DNA from: Verrucomicrobiota bacterium
GTDB lineage: Bacteria; Verrucomicrobiota; Lentisphaeria; Lentisphaerales; Lentisphaeraceae
Direction of reading: 5' to 3'
DNA: 64,000 bases
Assembly: GCA_039798785.1 (NCBI GenBank)
Contig: JBDKFG010000018.1
Location: forward strand, 1-64,000
The position numbers and the translations under genes are program-made. This document shows positions 48,188 through 57,653 of the stretch, piece by piece. Position 1 is the stretch's first letter; each line of letters begins with the position of its first letter. Under the pieces are notes generated by a model. The model saw nothing but the letters and a program-made list of their open reading frames with translations. It was not told the origin of the DNA and did no database searches.

Positions 48188-49977
48188 AGGCCTTCCCTCC
48201 CGATTTGGCGGATCTGCCAAGGCATCTTTTTTTCACTGGCAAGGGCGGGGTCGGCAAGACATCTCTCTCCTGCTCCTTGGCACTGGCTTTGGCGGAATCA
48301 GGCCGGAAGGTACTTCTCATCAGCACCGATCCGGCCTCGAATCTCGATGAAGTTCTGGAGACTCCCCTGATTTCGTCGCCGCGTCCGGTGCCTGCTTGTC
48401 CCGGATTGTCGGCGATGAACATCGACCCGCACGCCGCGGCCGCCGCCTATCGCGAGCGGGTGATCGCACCATTGCGCGGGGTGCTGCCGGCGAGCGCCTT
48501 GAGCAGCCTCGAGGAACAGTTCAACGGCTCCTGCACCGTCGAGATCGCGGCCTTCGACCAGTTTGCCGGTCTCCTGGCTGGGGAAGGGCCGGCAGCGGCC
48601 TTCGACCATCTGGTCTTCGATACCGCCCCCACCGGGCACACCCTGCGCCTGATCGGCCTTGCCGGGGCCTGGGATGAATTCCTCAAGCGTTCGCATGGGG
48701 AGAGTTCCTGCCTGGGGCCGCTGGCGGGTTTGCAGCAGCAGCGCGAGATCTACCGCCTCGCCGTCGCCGCCCTGCGCGATCCCGGCGCGACCAGGATCTT
48801 CCTGGTCAGTCGTCCCCAGCCTGCCGCATTGCGGGAGGCGCAGCGCAGCTCGATCGAGCTGGCGCAGCTTGGCATTAAGGGCCAGGAGTTGATTCTCAAC
48901 GGCATCCTTCCCGCCGTTTCTCCTCTGGACCGTCTGGCTTGCGCCCTGCGCCGGCGCCAGGTGGAGGCCTTGGAGCATTTCCGCGACTTCCTCGCAGCCC
49001 AGCCGTGCCGCGAGGTCTTCCTGCTGCCGCGGCAGGTCCTCGGCATCGCAGGCCTGCGTCGCCTGCTCGGCCATCGGGACCAGCCTTCCGTCGAGGCCGA
49101 TCTAGGGCAGGAGGAGCTGCGCGGCTGGCGTGACTTCGCCAGTCTGGTCGAAGAGACTCTAGAGCTCAAGCATGGCGTGGTGATGACCATGGGCAAAGGC
49201 GGAGTCGGCAAGACCAGCGTCGCCGCCGCCCTGGCGCTCGCCTTGGTGCGGGCGGGCCGCAAGGTGCTTTTGACCACTACCGACCCGGCGGCCCATGTCG
49301 CTGCGGCCTTGTCGGGGCAGTTTGAAGGTCTTGAGCTTGCCTGCATTGATCCGGTGGTGGAGACGGCGGCCTACCGCGAGGAAGTCTTGCGGATTGCCGG
49401 TTCCGGACTGGACGAGGAGAGCCTGGCACTGCTTGAGGAGGATCTGAGCTCTCCTTGCACCGAGGAGATCGCCGTCTTCCGAGCTTTCGCCCGAGCCGTC
49501 GACCAAGGCCGGGAACGCATTGTTGTGATCGACACCGCACCGACTGGACACACCCTGCTGCTACTCGATGCGACCCGTTCCCATCATCGTGAGCTGGAGC
49601 GGCAGCGGCGCAGCCAGCATCCGGAGGAGGTGATGCAGCTCCTGCCTCGTCTGCGGGATCCGCAATACTGCCGCATTCTATTGGTCGCCCTGCCGGAGGC
49701 GACTCCGGTGCACGAAGCCATCCGTCTCGAGGAGGATCTGGCGCGGGCCGGAATTCCGGTCGCCGCCTGGGTGATCAACCAGAGCCTCCATGGGCTGGAC
49801 TGCGTCGATCCGCTTCTCGTCCAAAGGCAGCGTCAGGAAGGCCGGGCCCTGGCCGAAATCCTCCGCCGCCGGCCCGGGCACGTGCACATCCTGCCTTTGC
49901 TCGCCGGAGAGCCGCGTGGAATCGAGGGACTGACCGAGCTCCTCGGGGCTTGCGGTGCGACTCCGCCCGTTCCTTGA
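48184..49977 (+). CDS. arsA: Arsenical pump-driving ATPase ArsA
   Basis: Two GKGGVGKT, two DTAPTGHT, metal-ligand Cys in GSCTVE, SSCLGP and SPCTEE. Confidence 0.95.
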   Translation: MKAFPPDLADLPRHLFFTGKGGVGKTSLSCSLALALAESGRKVLLISTDPASNLDEVLETPLISSPRPVPACPGLSAMNIDPHAAAAAYRERVIAPLRGVLPASALSSLEEQFNGSCTVEIAAFDQFAGLLAGEGPAAAFDHLVFDTAPTGHTLRLIGLAGAWDEFLKRSHGESSCLGPLAGLQQQREIYRLAVAALRDPGATRIFLVSRPQPAALREAQRSSIELAQLGIKGQELILNGILPAVSPLDRLACALRRRQVEALEHFRDFLAAQPCREVFLLPRQVLGIAGLRRLLGHRDQPSVEADLGQEELRGWRDFASLVEETLELKHGVVMTMGKGGVGKTSVAAALALALVRAGRKVLLTTTDPAAHVAAALSGQFEGLELACIDPVVETAAYREEVLRIAGSGLDEESLALLEEDLSSPCTEEIAVFRAFARAVDQGRERIVVIDTAPTGHTLLLLDATRSHHRELERQRRSQHPEEVMQLLPRLRDPQYCRILLVALPEATPVHEAIRLEEDLARAGIPVAAWVINQSLHGLDCVDPLLVQRQRQEGRALAEILRRRPGHVHILPLLAGEPRGIEGLTELLGACGATPPVP

Positions 49978-50167
49978 ATCAGCATCTCCCAAGCTAGTAC
50001 GTGTATCACGCAGAAATGAGCTTGGGCTGAGATGCATTCAAGCTGCTTTTCAGGGATGCAGGGAGGTGGAGGCATGTCGCAAATTCCTGCCTTGCAGCCC
50101 TTGCCGGGCTTGTCGCATTCGGTGTATCCTTAGGTCAAGTCAAGAGTGGTAATCGGAGGGCTTGTCG

Positions 50168-52402
50168 ATGGATTCAGGGTCGGAATCTTTGCCGTCTGCT
50201 GGCGACTGGCTTACTTTGCAGATGGCGCTTGACTCTCATGCTCTCGTCTCCATCACCGACCCGCAGGGACGTATCACCTACGTCAATGAGATGTTCTGCC
50301 AGTTGTCGAAGTATTCCCGGGAGGAATTGATCGGAGCCGACCACCGGATCATCAATTCGCACCACCATCCGCCGGAGTTCTTCCGCGACTTGTGGGCGAC
50401 GATCGCTTCCGGCGGGATCTGGAAGGGGGAGATCTGCAACCGAGCCAAGGACGGCTCGCTGTATTGGGTCAGCAGCAGCATCGTTCCATTTCACGACAGC
50501 CAAGGCAAGATCAGTCATTACATCTCCGTCCGCACCGACATCAGCCAGCAGAAGCGCCTGGCGGAAGAGGTTGATGCCGCCATCAAGCAGAAGAGCCAGT
50601 TCATCGCCACCATGAGCCACGAGATCCGGACGCCGATGAACGGCATCATCGGCCTGGCCGAGCTCCTGAAAAGGACCCGGCTTGATCTGCAGCAGCAGGA
50701 ATACGTCGATTCGATGATCACTTGCGGCCAGTCGCTGATTGCCCTGGTCAACGACATACTCGATGTCGCCAAGATCGAATCCGGCCGGATCAGCCTTGAG
50801 GAAGTCGATTTCTCCATGCAGGAGCTTCTAGAGGATAGTCTGACGATCTTTGTCGACAGCGCCGAAGCCAAGGGCTTGCGACTGAATTACGAGATCCCTC
50901 GTGAAATGCCTGTGCGATTGCGGGGCGATCCGGCCAGACTGGTCCAGATCCTGACCAATCTAGTCGGCAACGCGATCAAGTTCACCGAGGTGGGCAAGGT
51001 CGACATCCGCATCAGCGTCCTCAAGTTGTTTTCGGGGAGGGTTCGATTCCGGCTCGCGGTTGCCGACACCGGCATCGGGATGAGTGCGGCGCAGCTCGGG
51101 CGGATCGGCGAGGCCTTCGTCCAGGCGGATTCCAGCACGACCCGGAGATTTGGCGGCACTGGTCTGGGTCTTTACATCTGCCGGGCCCTGGTCAGGCTCA
51201 TGCAGGGCAGTTTCGCTGTTTCATCCAGGGAAGGGGAGGGGAGCGTCTTCAGCTTTGAGCTTGAATTGCCCATCGGCGAGGACGATCCCTGGGATCTCTA
51301 TTCGATCATCGACGGGAAGCGGCTCGTCGCGGCGGTCTCCGACGCTTCCTTGATCCATCGCCTGGAAAAGCTCTGCGGCCGCTGGAAGATGAGACTGGAG
51401 TGCTTTCCCCAGGCGGCGGAGCTCGTCCAAGGCTTGAGGCGCGAGGGCTCCCCGCCGGATTTGCTCCTGATTGACGAGGACCTGCCAGGGATCAACGGGG
51501 TGCTGCTGGTCAAGATGCTGCGGCGTGAGCACGCCTGGGCCGCCGTGCCGATGATCTTCACTTCGCCTGCTCCCGATCGGATCCGGAACAAGTTCGAGCA
51601 GATTTCGATCCTGCTTGTCCAGGGTCGTCCTTTGCGGCCGGGAAGCCTCCTGCAGGCACTCAAGCAGATCTACTTGGGTGGCAAATCTCCGGAGGAGAGC
51701 AAGCCCAGGCGGCGTCTCAGTCGAGTTCTGGTCGCCGAGGACAATCCGGTCAACCAGATGCTGATCGAGGCATTTCTCCGAGACTATGCCGAGACGGTCG
51801 ATCTTGCCGGAAACGGCAAGGAGGCCGTGGCCTTTTGCGAGACGGCTCCATACGAAGCCATCTTCATGGACTGCCAGATGCCGGTGATGGACGGCTATGA
51901 GGCGACGCGGCAGATCCGCAGCCTTGAGTCTAAGCTGCAGCGGACGAGGGCGCCGATCATCGCGATCACCGCCAACGCCATGCCGGGAGATCGCGAGCAA
52001 TGCCTAGCCGCGGGGATGGATGAGCATATCTGCAAGCCTTTGACCGGCAAGATCTTGCAGAATCTTTTTCAGCGTCTCTTCGATCTCTTTCCGGGGGCTT
52101 CGAGCTCTCCGGAGATGACGGGCGGTGAAGATCTGTCGCGGCAGGCTCTGATGACTTTCAGGGAGGAGGCGGAAAAGGCGTCCGACAGTTTCGAGCGCGG
52201 CGATCTCAAAGCTGTCGCGGCATCGGCGCATAAGCTCAAGTCTTCTTCGGCCTGGCTCGAGTTCGGGGAGCTGGCTAGGCTTTCGAAGGACTTGGAGCTG
52301 GCGGCCAAGGCAGGCGGCCGCAGCGTCGTCGCCACCTTGCTGCCGCAGTGGGTCGCTGCGGTGAATTCAGCCTGCGTGGAGCTGAAGACCCGCCTGTCCT
52401 GA
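50168..52402 (+). CDS. Cytoplasmic hybrid histidine kinase (PAS-HisKA-HATPase-REC-REC-Hpt)
   Basis: PAS (TDPQGRITYVN...WKGEICNRAKDG), MSHEIRTPMNG, GGTGLGL, AEDNPVN/MDCQMP, AHKLKSSS. Confidence 0.93.
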   Translation: MDSGSESLPSAGDWLTLQMALDSHALVSITDPQGRITYVNEMFCQLSKYSREELIGADHRIINSHHHPPEFFRDLWATIASGGIWKGEICNRAKDGSLYWVSSSIVPFHDSQGKISHYISVRTDISQQKRLAEEVDAAIKQKSQFIATMSHEIRTPMNGIIGLAELLKRTRLDLQQQEYVDSMITCGQSLIALVNDILDVAKIESGRISLEEVDFSMQELLEDSLTIFVDSAEAKGLRLNYEIPREMPVRLRGDPARLVQILTNLVGNAIKFTEVGKVDIRISVLKLFSGRVRFRLAVADTGIGMSAAQLGRIGEAFVQADSSTTRRFGGTGLGLYICRALVRLMQGSFAVSSREGEGSVFSFELELPIGEDDPWDLYSIIDGKRLVAAVSDASLIHRLEKLCGRWKMRLECFPQAAELVQGLRREGSPPDLLLIDEDLPGINGVLLVKMLRREHAWAAVPMIFTSPAPDRIRNKFEQISILLVQGRPLRPGSLLQALKQIYLGGKSPEESKPRRRLSRVLVAEDNPVNQMLIEAFLRDYAETVDLAGNGKEAVAFCETAPYEAIFMDCQMPVMDGYEATRQIRSLESKLQRTRAPIIAITANAMPGDREQCLAAGMDEHICKPLTGKILQNLFQRLFDLFPGASSSPEMTGGEDLSRQALMTFREEAEKASDSFERGDLKAVAASAHKLKSSSAWLEFGELARLSKDLELAAKAGGRSVVATLLPQWVAAVNSACVELKTRLS

Positions 52403-52409
52403 GCTTCAG

Positions 52410-52780
52410 CCTAAAAACCGCAGTAGAGCAGCGAACCGGGTTGAAAGGTTGAAACGCAAACAATTGAACAAGAATACCAAGGAATGATTTGTGCTGCCAG
52501 AAAGACTTGAGGGTCCTGAACTTTGCCAAGAGTCCTTCGGATATCATAACCTATTGCTGTTGTAGCTAAACCTTCCTTCCAACCTTTCGCTGCGGTTTTT
52601 AGGTTGAAAGGTTGAAGCTCAAGGCATTGAACAACAAAAGTCAGCGACTATTTGACGCGGACAGGAGAGCTTTCCCATTAGAGGTCATTCCGACGGAACA
52701 GCGAATGAGCTAAGCTATTGCTGTTGCGGCTAATCCTTCCAAGCTTTCAAGCATCCAACCTTTCAACTGCGGTATTTAGG
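52410..52780. mobile_element. Non-autonomous MITE-like element with two internal units
   Basis: TIRs CCTAAAAACCGCAG (52410-52423) and CTGCGGTATTTAGG (52767-52780); internal right-end copy at 52590-52603; TTCAG on both flanks. Confidence 0.65.
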
Positions 52781-52781
52781 T

Positions 52782-53741
52782 TCAGCTCAGGGATGCGAGC
52801 AGGGAGTTCATGTCGCCGGGCATCGGCGCTTCGAACTGCAGAAGCTCCTGGCTGGAAGGATGGCGGAAGCTCAGGCTGCCGCAATGCAAGGCTTGGCGCC
52901 GCAGACGCAGGAGGTCGCGGTCTTCAGGGCTCAAGGCGTCGTCGATGAAACGGACGAAGCAGCCTTCGTCAAGACCGTAGATCTTGTCGCCTGCGAGGGG
53001 CAGCCCGATGGCCTTCAAGGTGGCGCGGATCTGATGTGTCCTCCCGGTGTGCAGAGTGCAGCGGAGATGGGTGATCGCGCCGCGGCGCGCTGCGACGGCG
53101 AATTCGGTGCGTGCGCCGAGCTTGCCGAGGGCGAGATAGTCCGCTTCTTCGGTGAAGACGAACTTCTTGCGGACCGGTCCGCTGGTGCCGGCGGCGATGC
53201 GGCCGGAGGCGTCGTAACGATCCCAGGCCGGGGAGCCTTCAACCAGGGCGTCGTAGATCTTGCCGATCTGGCGGCGTTCCATCTGCCGTCCGAGTCGGGA
53301 GGCGGCGACGCCGTGACGGGCGATCAGGACCAGTCCTGATGTCTCGCGGTCGAGCCGGGTGAGGATGTGATGCGGGCCGATTCGCCGTGCGAGATGATGC
53401 CAGAGGGTGTTTTTGAAGAAGGCTCCGGCGGGATGTACGGGAAGGTCGCCGGTCTTGTCGACCACCAAGATGTCATCGTCTTCGTGGACGACGCGGAAGT
53501 CGAGATCGACCGGGGGTTCCGGGACGTCTTCGAGGTCGAGGGAGAGGATGTCGCCGGTCTGCAGGATCTGATCGGGAGTGGCGGGGGAGCCGTTGACCTT
53601 CGAGATCCGGGTCGCCAGCGCTTCGAGCCAGCGTTCGCGCGGCCAGTAGGTGAAGCGGCTGCAGAGGAATTCGATCAGCGGGCGGGCTTCGCCGCTGTAC
53701 TGGCTGCGGATGTAGCGGAGCGAATCGGGGTTGAATTCCAT
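52782..53741 (-). CDS. RluA-family pseudouridine synthase (RluD-like)
   Basis: VDKTGDLPVHP, TRLDRETSG, TGRTHQIR, GDKIYG, RQALH. Confidence 0.9.
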   Translation of the reverse strand: MEFNPDSLRYIRSQYSGEARPLIEFLCSRFTYWPRERWLEALATRISKVNGSPATPDQILQTGDILSLDLEDVPEPPVDLDFRVVHEDDDILVVDKTGDLPVHPAGAFFKNTLWHHLARRIGPHHILTRLDRETSGLVLIARHGVAASRLGRQMERRQIGKIYDALVEGSPAWDRYDASGRIAAGTSGPVRKKFVFTEEADYLALGKLGARTEFAVAARRGAITHLRCTLHTGRTHQIRATLKAIGLPLAGDKIYGLDEGCFVRFIDDALSPEDRDLLRLRRQALHCGSLSFRHPSSQELLQFEAPMPGDMNSLLASLS

Positions 53742-53742
53742 T

Positions 53743-55068
53743 TCAGCCTTCCAGGCGCAGGGTGGCGGCGAGGCGGCGGCGCAGTTCGGGACTGCGCCAG
53801 GGCGCCAGTTCGAGATTGCGGAGGAAGCGTCTGCGGTCTTTGCCGGCCTTGGCGGCATCGAGCGGCGCGGCCTGGAATTGCAGCGAGTCGAGATCGATCC
53901 AGCTCAGCTTTCCTTGCGGCGAGACGAGGAAGTTCTGAGCCTTGCAGTCGCCGTGGACACCGCCGATCGATGCGAGGTCGAGAATCAGCCTTGCCGCTTG
54001 CATGAGCAGGTCTTCGAGGGCTTCATCGGGGAGCCCTGCGTCGGTGATCAGGCTGAGGAGATCGCGGCCCTCCTGGTAGCGAGTGACTATCCACGAAGTG
54101 CCGCGCCAGGGGCCGAGGCGGTTTTCGATCAAGGCCAGGGCCTCGGGGTTCGGAAGTCCCTGGTCGGCGAGGAGGAAGGAGCCGGCCCAGGAGCGTGCGC
54201 CGCGGCCGGGGACGAAGCCTTTGAGCAAGGCCCCGGGCCACTCGAGGTTGTAGCGTTTCACCACCACCTGGCCTACGCTGTCCAGGGGAAGGGTCCAGAC
54301 GGTGCAGGTCCGTCCATCCTTGAGCACTCGGCTGCCGGGCAGGTGCAGGGAGGCGTCGGGATCGGCGAGGAGCTCCTGCAAGGCCAGGCAGTCGGCGGCG
54401 GGCGCGAAGAGGCAGCGTGCCGAGCCGATGCAGCTGCTTTCGACCGCGGTGCAGGAGCGGAAGACCTTGCGGCGCAGCCGGCGGATGCGCTCGAATCGCG
54501 CCCGGGCGGCGGCGAGACGCAAAGCCTCGGGCTGGTCGAAGGCGCTGAGATCGGGCTGGAAGCCGGCGGGGAATTGAGCCAGCAGCATCGCCATTGAGGC
54601 GGTGGCGTCGACAAGCGGACGTACCGCGTCGCCGTCGATCAGGTGTAGGCCTTGGTCTCCGACGATGAAATTGCCAAAGTGGCAATCGCGGTGATCGAGG
54701 CCGGAGGAGTGGAGTTTGCGGAAGATGGCGAGAGTCTCCTCGGCGAGCCGGGCCCTGCCGCTGGCATCGGCTTCAGAGAAGGCTTCGGCGAGGCTGCGGG
54801 CGCCGGGAATTGCGGCCAGCACCAGCAGGCTGCCTGATTGTCCGTCGGGGCTTTCGCATCTGGTGTTGCGGGAGAGGATGAGCGGGGCGGCGATGCCGGC
54901 CTGATGCAGACGGCGCAGACCTTCCTCCTCGGCTTCGAGATCACGGCAGGCATTCCTTCCGAGGTAGAATTTGGCGAAGGCTGGCTCCCCCGCCCAGAGA
55001 CCGCTCCAGACTTGGCGGCGATGTGGAAGAAGACGGACGCACTCATGCGGCTGGAATTGAAAGGTCAT
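53743..55068 (-). CDS. Tandem lipopolysaccharide kinase (Kdo/WaaP/InaA-like) family protein
   Basis: Two kinase-like units: HRDCHFGNF..IDGD and LKDGRT..VVKRYN..HGDCKAQNF..IDLDS. Confidence 0.75.
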   Translation of the reverse strand: MTFQFQPHECVRLLPHRRQVWSGLWAGEPAFAKFYLGRNACRDLEAEEEGLRRLHQAGIAAPLILSRNTRCESPDGQSGSLLVLAAIPGARSLAEAFSEADASGRARLAEETLAIFRKLHSSGLDHRDCHFGNFIVGDQGLHLIDGDAVRPLVDATASMAMLLAQFPAGFQPDLSAFDQPEALRLAAARARFERIRRLRRKVFRSCTAVESSCIGSARCLFAPAADCLALQELLADPDASLHLPGSRVLKDGRTCTVWTLPLDSVGQVVVKRYNLEWPGALLKGFVPGRGARSWAGSFLLADQGLPNPEALALIENRLGPWRGTSWIVTRYQEGRDLLSLITDAGLPDEALEDLLMQAARLILDLASIGGVHGDCKAQNFLVSPQGKLSWIDLDSLQFQAAPLDAAKAGKDRRRFLRNLELAPWRSPELRRRLAATLRLEG

Positions 55069-55163
55069 CTTTTGGCAGTTGAAAAGGTGGGCGGTTGTAA
55101 GGAGGCGGAGAGCTGCGCTTTTCCGGGAATGGCGTTCGGCTGGGAGGAACCAGTGGGCTGCGA

Positions 55164-56225
55164 TCATTCCTCGGAAAGCAGGCCTCCGCCCTGGATGTTG
55201 GCGCTTTCCATCCAGGTGTTGCTGCCGAGCTCGTCGAGGATGGTGCTGATCTCGTTGATCACCTCTTCCCAGGTCAGGTAGCGTTCGTCGGCGGTCTTGG
55301 CCATCATTTTCCGGAAGAGCGCGTCGGTCCTTTCGGTGACCGCGGCTCCTGATTCCAACAGGCTGGGCACCGGCTCGGTGAGGGCCTTGTCGACCACGAC
55401 ATCGGTGTCGAGGTCGAAATAAGGCACCTGCCCGGTGAGGGCCTGGTAGAAGGAGGCGGCGAGTGAGTACATGTCGCTGCGGTAGTCGAGGAGATCGGTC
55501 TGGACGAATCGCATCGGGTCCATGAAGAAGGGAGTGCCGAAGGCGACGCCCGTCGCCTGGGTCTGGTCCCAGGTCCGGGCCATACCCCAGTCGACCAGAC
55601 CGGTAAAGCCGTTGTCGCAGAGCATGATGTTGGCGGGTTTGATGTCGAAATGGAGGAGTCCGAAGTTGCGCCAGACGTGATTGAGGCCGTTGGCGACCTG
55701 AGCCATCATGTTCAGGACGAGGTCCTCGTTGAGGGCGGATTCCCGGATCAGCAGGCGGTCGATCGACTCGCCTTCGAAATAGGTCATCGCGGTGTAGCGG
55801 TAGCCGCGGTCCTGCTGGTGGGCGATGAGGCGAGGCAGGGAGGGGTGGGTGAAGACGCGGAGGACTTCCGCCTCCTGGTCGAAGAGCTTGATCGATTCCT
55901 GGCCGAGGGAGGAGTTCAGGACCTTGAGGGCGCAGACCCGTCCGCTCTTTCCAGAGCGGGCGTAATACACTTCGCCCATCGAGCCCTTCGCCACCCAGCC
56001 GTCGATCTGGAAGTGGCCGAGCCGTTCTCCGACATGGAAGGATGGGCTGGGGCAGATCAGGCCGGCCTTGCAGTGAGGGCAGACCATGCCGAATCCGTAT
56101 TGAGGGTGCGAGACGCGCAGCTTCTTGCCGCAGTCTTCGCAGTGGAAGATCATGTAAAGGTCCTTCTGCTTCTCCACCGGTTGCGCGGGCGGATAGAAGA
56201 GCTTGTGGATCTCGAGATGGCTCAT
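55164..56225 (-). CDS. Hanks-type Ser/Thr protein kinase with N-terminal zinc ribbon
   Basis: CEDC...CPHC; KGSMGEVY, ALKVL, HFDIKPAN, DWGMA, GTPFFMDP, SDMYSL. Confidence 0.88.
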   Translation of the reverse strand: MSHLEIHKLFYPPAQPVEKQKDLYMIFHCEDCGKKLRVSHPQYGFGMVCPHCKAGLICPSPSFHVGERLGHFQIDGWVAKGSMGEVYYARSGKSGRVCALKVLNSSLGQESIKLFDQEAEVLRVFTHPSLPRLIAHQQDRGYRYTAMTYFEGESIDRLLIRESALNEDLVLNMMAQVANGLNHVWRNFGLLHFDIKPANIMLCDNGFTGLVDWGMARTWDQTQATGVAFGTPFFMDPMRFVQTDLLDYRSDMYSLAASFYQALTGQVPYFDLDTDVVVDKALTEPVPSLLESGAAVTERTDALFRKMMAKTADERYLTWEEVINEISTILDELGSNTWMESANIQGGGLLSEE

Positions 56226-56467
56226 GGCTGCTCCTTTTGCGAGGCCGCATGGACCTCCCTCTCGGCGATCAGTTCCGGCACTCGGGCGGCGGCTGCTTCC
56301 AGGCTAGGATGCTCTTCCAGTCGCCAGTACTCGCCTTTCGATTCCAAGGTGACGCGCCAGAGGCCGAGGTGTTGACGGACCCAGCCGAGACGCTCGCCGT
56401 CCCGCAGGACTTCGTACAGCTCCGGCTTTTTCACGGAGGCCCGGGTTTCCCACTTGTGTTCAGCCAT
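56222..56467 (-). CDS. Small hypothetical protein coupled to the kinase
   Basis: ATGA overlap with the kinase start; GGAG upstream. Confidence 0.6.
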   Translation of the reverse strand: MAEHKWETRASVKKPELYEVLRDGERLGWVRQHLGLWRVTLESKGEYWRLEEHPSLEAAAARVPELIAEREVHAASQKEQP

Positions 56468-56605
56468 GTCTGGAATCTCCTCGATCCCGCAACATAGTGG
56501 GCAAATCACAGCTTTCCAAAAGTCTGGACGGCTTTCCATTGCAAAAGCCTCGCCGCCGGCGCGTCAGACTTCAGGTGCCCAGCCCATCTTTTCCCAGGAG
56601 AGAAC

Positions 56606-57628
56606 ATGCCAGAGAATCCCCTCGAAGACCTGCAGAATGAAGTCAAGAAAAACGCGGCCTTCGCCAACGCCGTCCGTGCTGAGATCGGCAAGGTCGTCTG
56701 CGGCCAGGAACGCCTGGTCGACCGGCTGCTCATAGCTCTGATCACCAACGGCCATCTCCTGGTCGAGGGCGTCCCCGGCTTGGCCAAGACCCTCGCCATC
56801 TCCACCCTCGCCCGCTGCCTCGGTGCCGAGGCAGGAAGGGTCCAGTTCACTCCCGATCTGCTGCCGGCCGACATCGTTGGAACCCAGGTCTACGACCCCC
56901 GCAGCCAGACCTTCTCGGTCAAGCGTGGTCCGGTCTTCTGCAATCTGCTCCTCGCCGATGAGATCAACCGCGCGCCCGCCAAGGTGCAGTCGGCCCTTCT
57001 CGAAGCGATGGCCGAGCGTCAGGTCACGCTTGCGGGTGAATCGCTCCGCCTGCCGGATCCCTTCCTCGTCATGGCGACCCAGAATCCCCTCGACCAGGAA
57101 GGCACCTATCCCCTTCCGGAAGCCCAGATGGACCGCTTCATGCTCAAGGTCGTGATCAGCTATCCGCTTCGCGGCGACGAGCGGGAAATGCTCAGCCGCA
57201 TGGGACATCCCGTCGAACGGCCCAAGGCCGTCGCCGTCGCCAGTCTTGAAGATGTGCTCGCCGCCCGCGCCTGCGTCGATCGCATCTACATGGACCCGCG
57301 CATCGCCGAATACATTCTCGACCTGGTGATCGCCACCCGCCCGGCCTGTCGCTCCGAACTTTCCGAGCTGCAGAAGAACGCCAAGCTCGACAAGCTCGAC
57401 ACTTTGATCTCCTGCGGCGCCTCGCCCAGAGCCACCCTCGCTCTCGCTCTCGCCGCCAAGGCCCACGCCTTCCTCCGTGGACGCGCCCATGTCATCCCCC
57501 AGGATGTCAAGGAGATGGCGCCTGACGTGCTCCGCCATCGCATCGGTCTGACCTATGAGGCGGAGGCCGAAGGCCTCGACTCCGCCGCCTTGATCGAACG
57601 CATCCTCAGCCAGCTCGCCACGCCCTGA
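56606..57628 (+). CDS. moxR: MoxR family AAA+ ATPase
   Basis: EGVPGLAKT, QFTPDLLPAD, DEINRAPAKVQSALLEAM, ATQNP..EGTYPLPEAQMDRF. Confidence 0.93.
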   Translation: MPENPLEDLQNEVKKNAAFANAVRAEIGKVVCGQERLVDRLLIALITNGHLLVEGVPGLAKTLAISTLARCLGAEAGRVQFTPDLLPADIVGTQVYDPRSQTFSVKRGPVFCNLLLADEINRAPAKVQSALLEAMAERQVTLAGESLRLPDPFLVMATQNPLDQEGTYPLPEAQMDRFMLKVVISYPLRGDEREMLSRMGHPVERPKAVAVASLEDVLAARACVDRIYMDPRIAEYILDLVIATRPACRSELSELQKNAKLDKLDTLISCGASPRATLALALAAKAHAFLRGRAHVIPQDVKEMAPDVLRHRIGLTYEAEAEGLDSAALIERILSQLATP

Positions 57629-57653
57629 ACCTTTCACCCTCAGAACCTAGCCC

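Noticed and set aside
52410..52780. CRISPR array or integron attC cassettes
   Set aside because: Only two units, conserved blocks much longer than CRISPR repeats, no cas or intI gene, no cassette ORFs; TIR plus target duplication fits better
53743..56250. Single 835-aa protein as given in the ORF track
   Set aside because: The first 394 codons largely overlap the Ser/Thr kinase in another frame; the kinase-like protein plausibly starts at 55068
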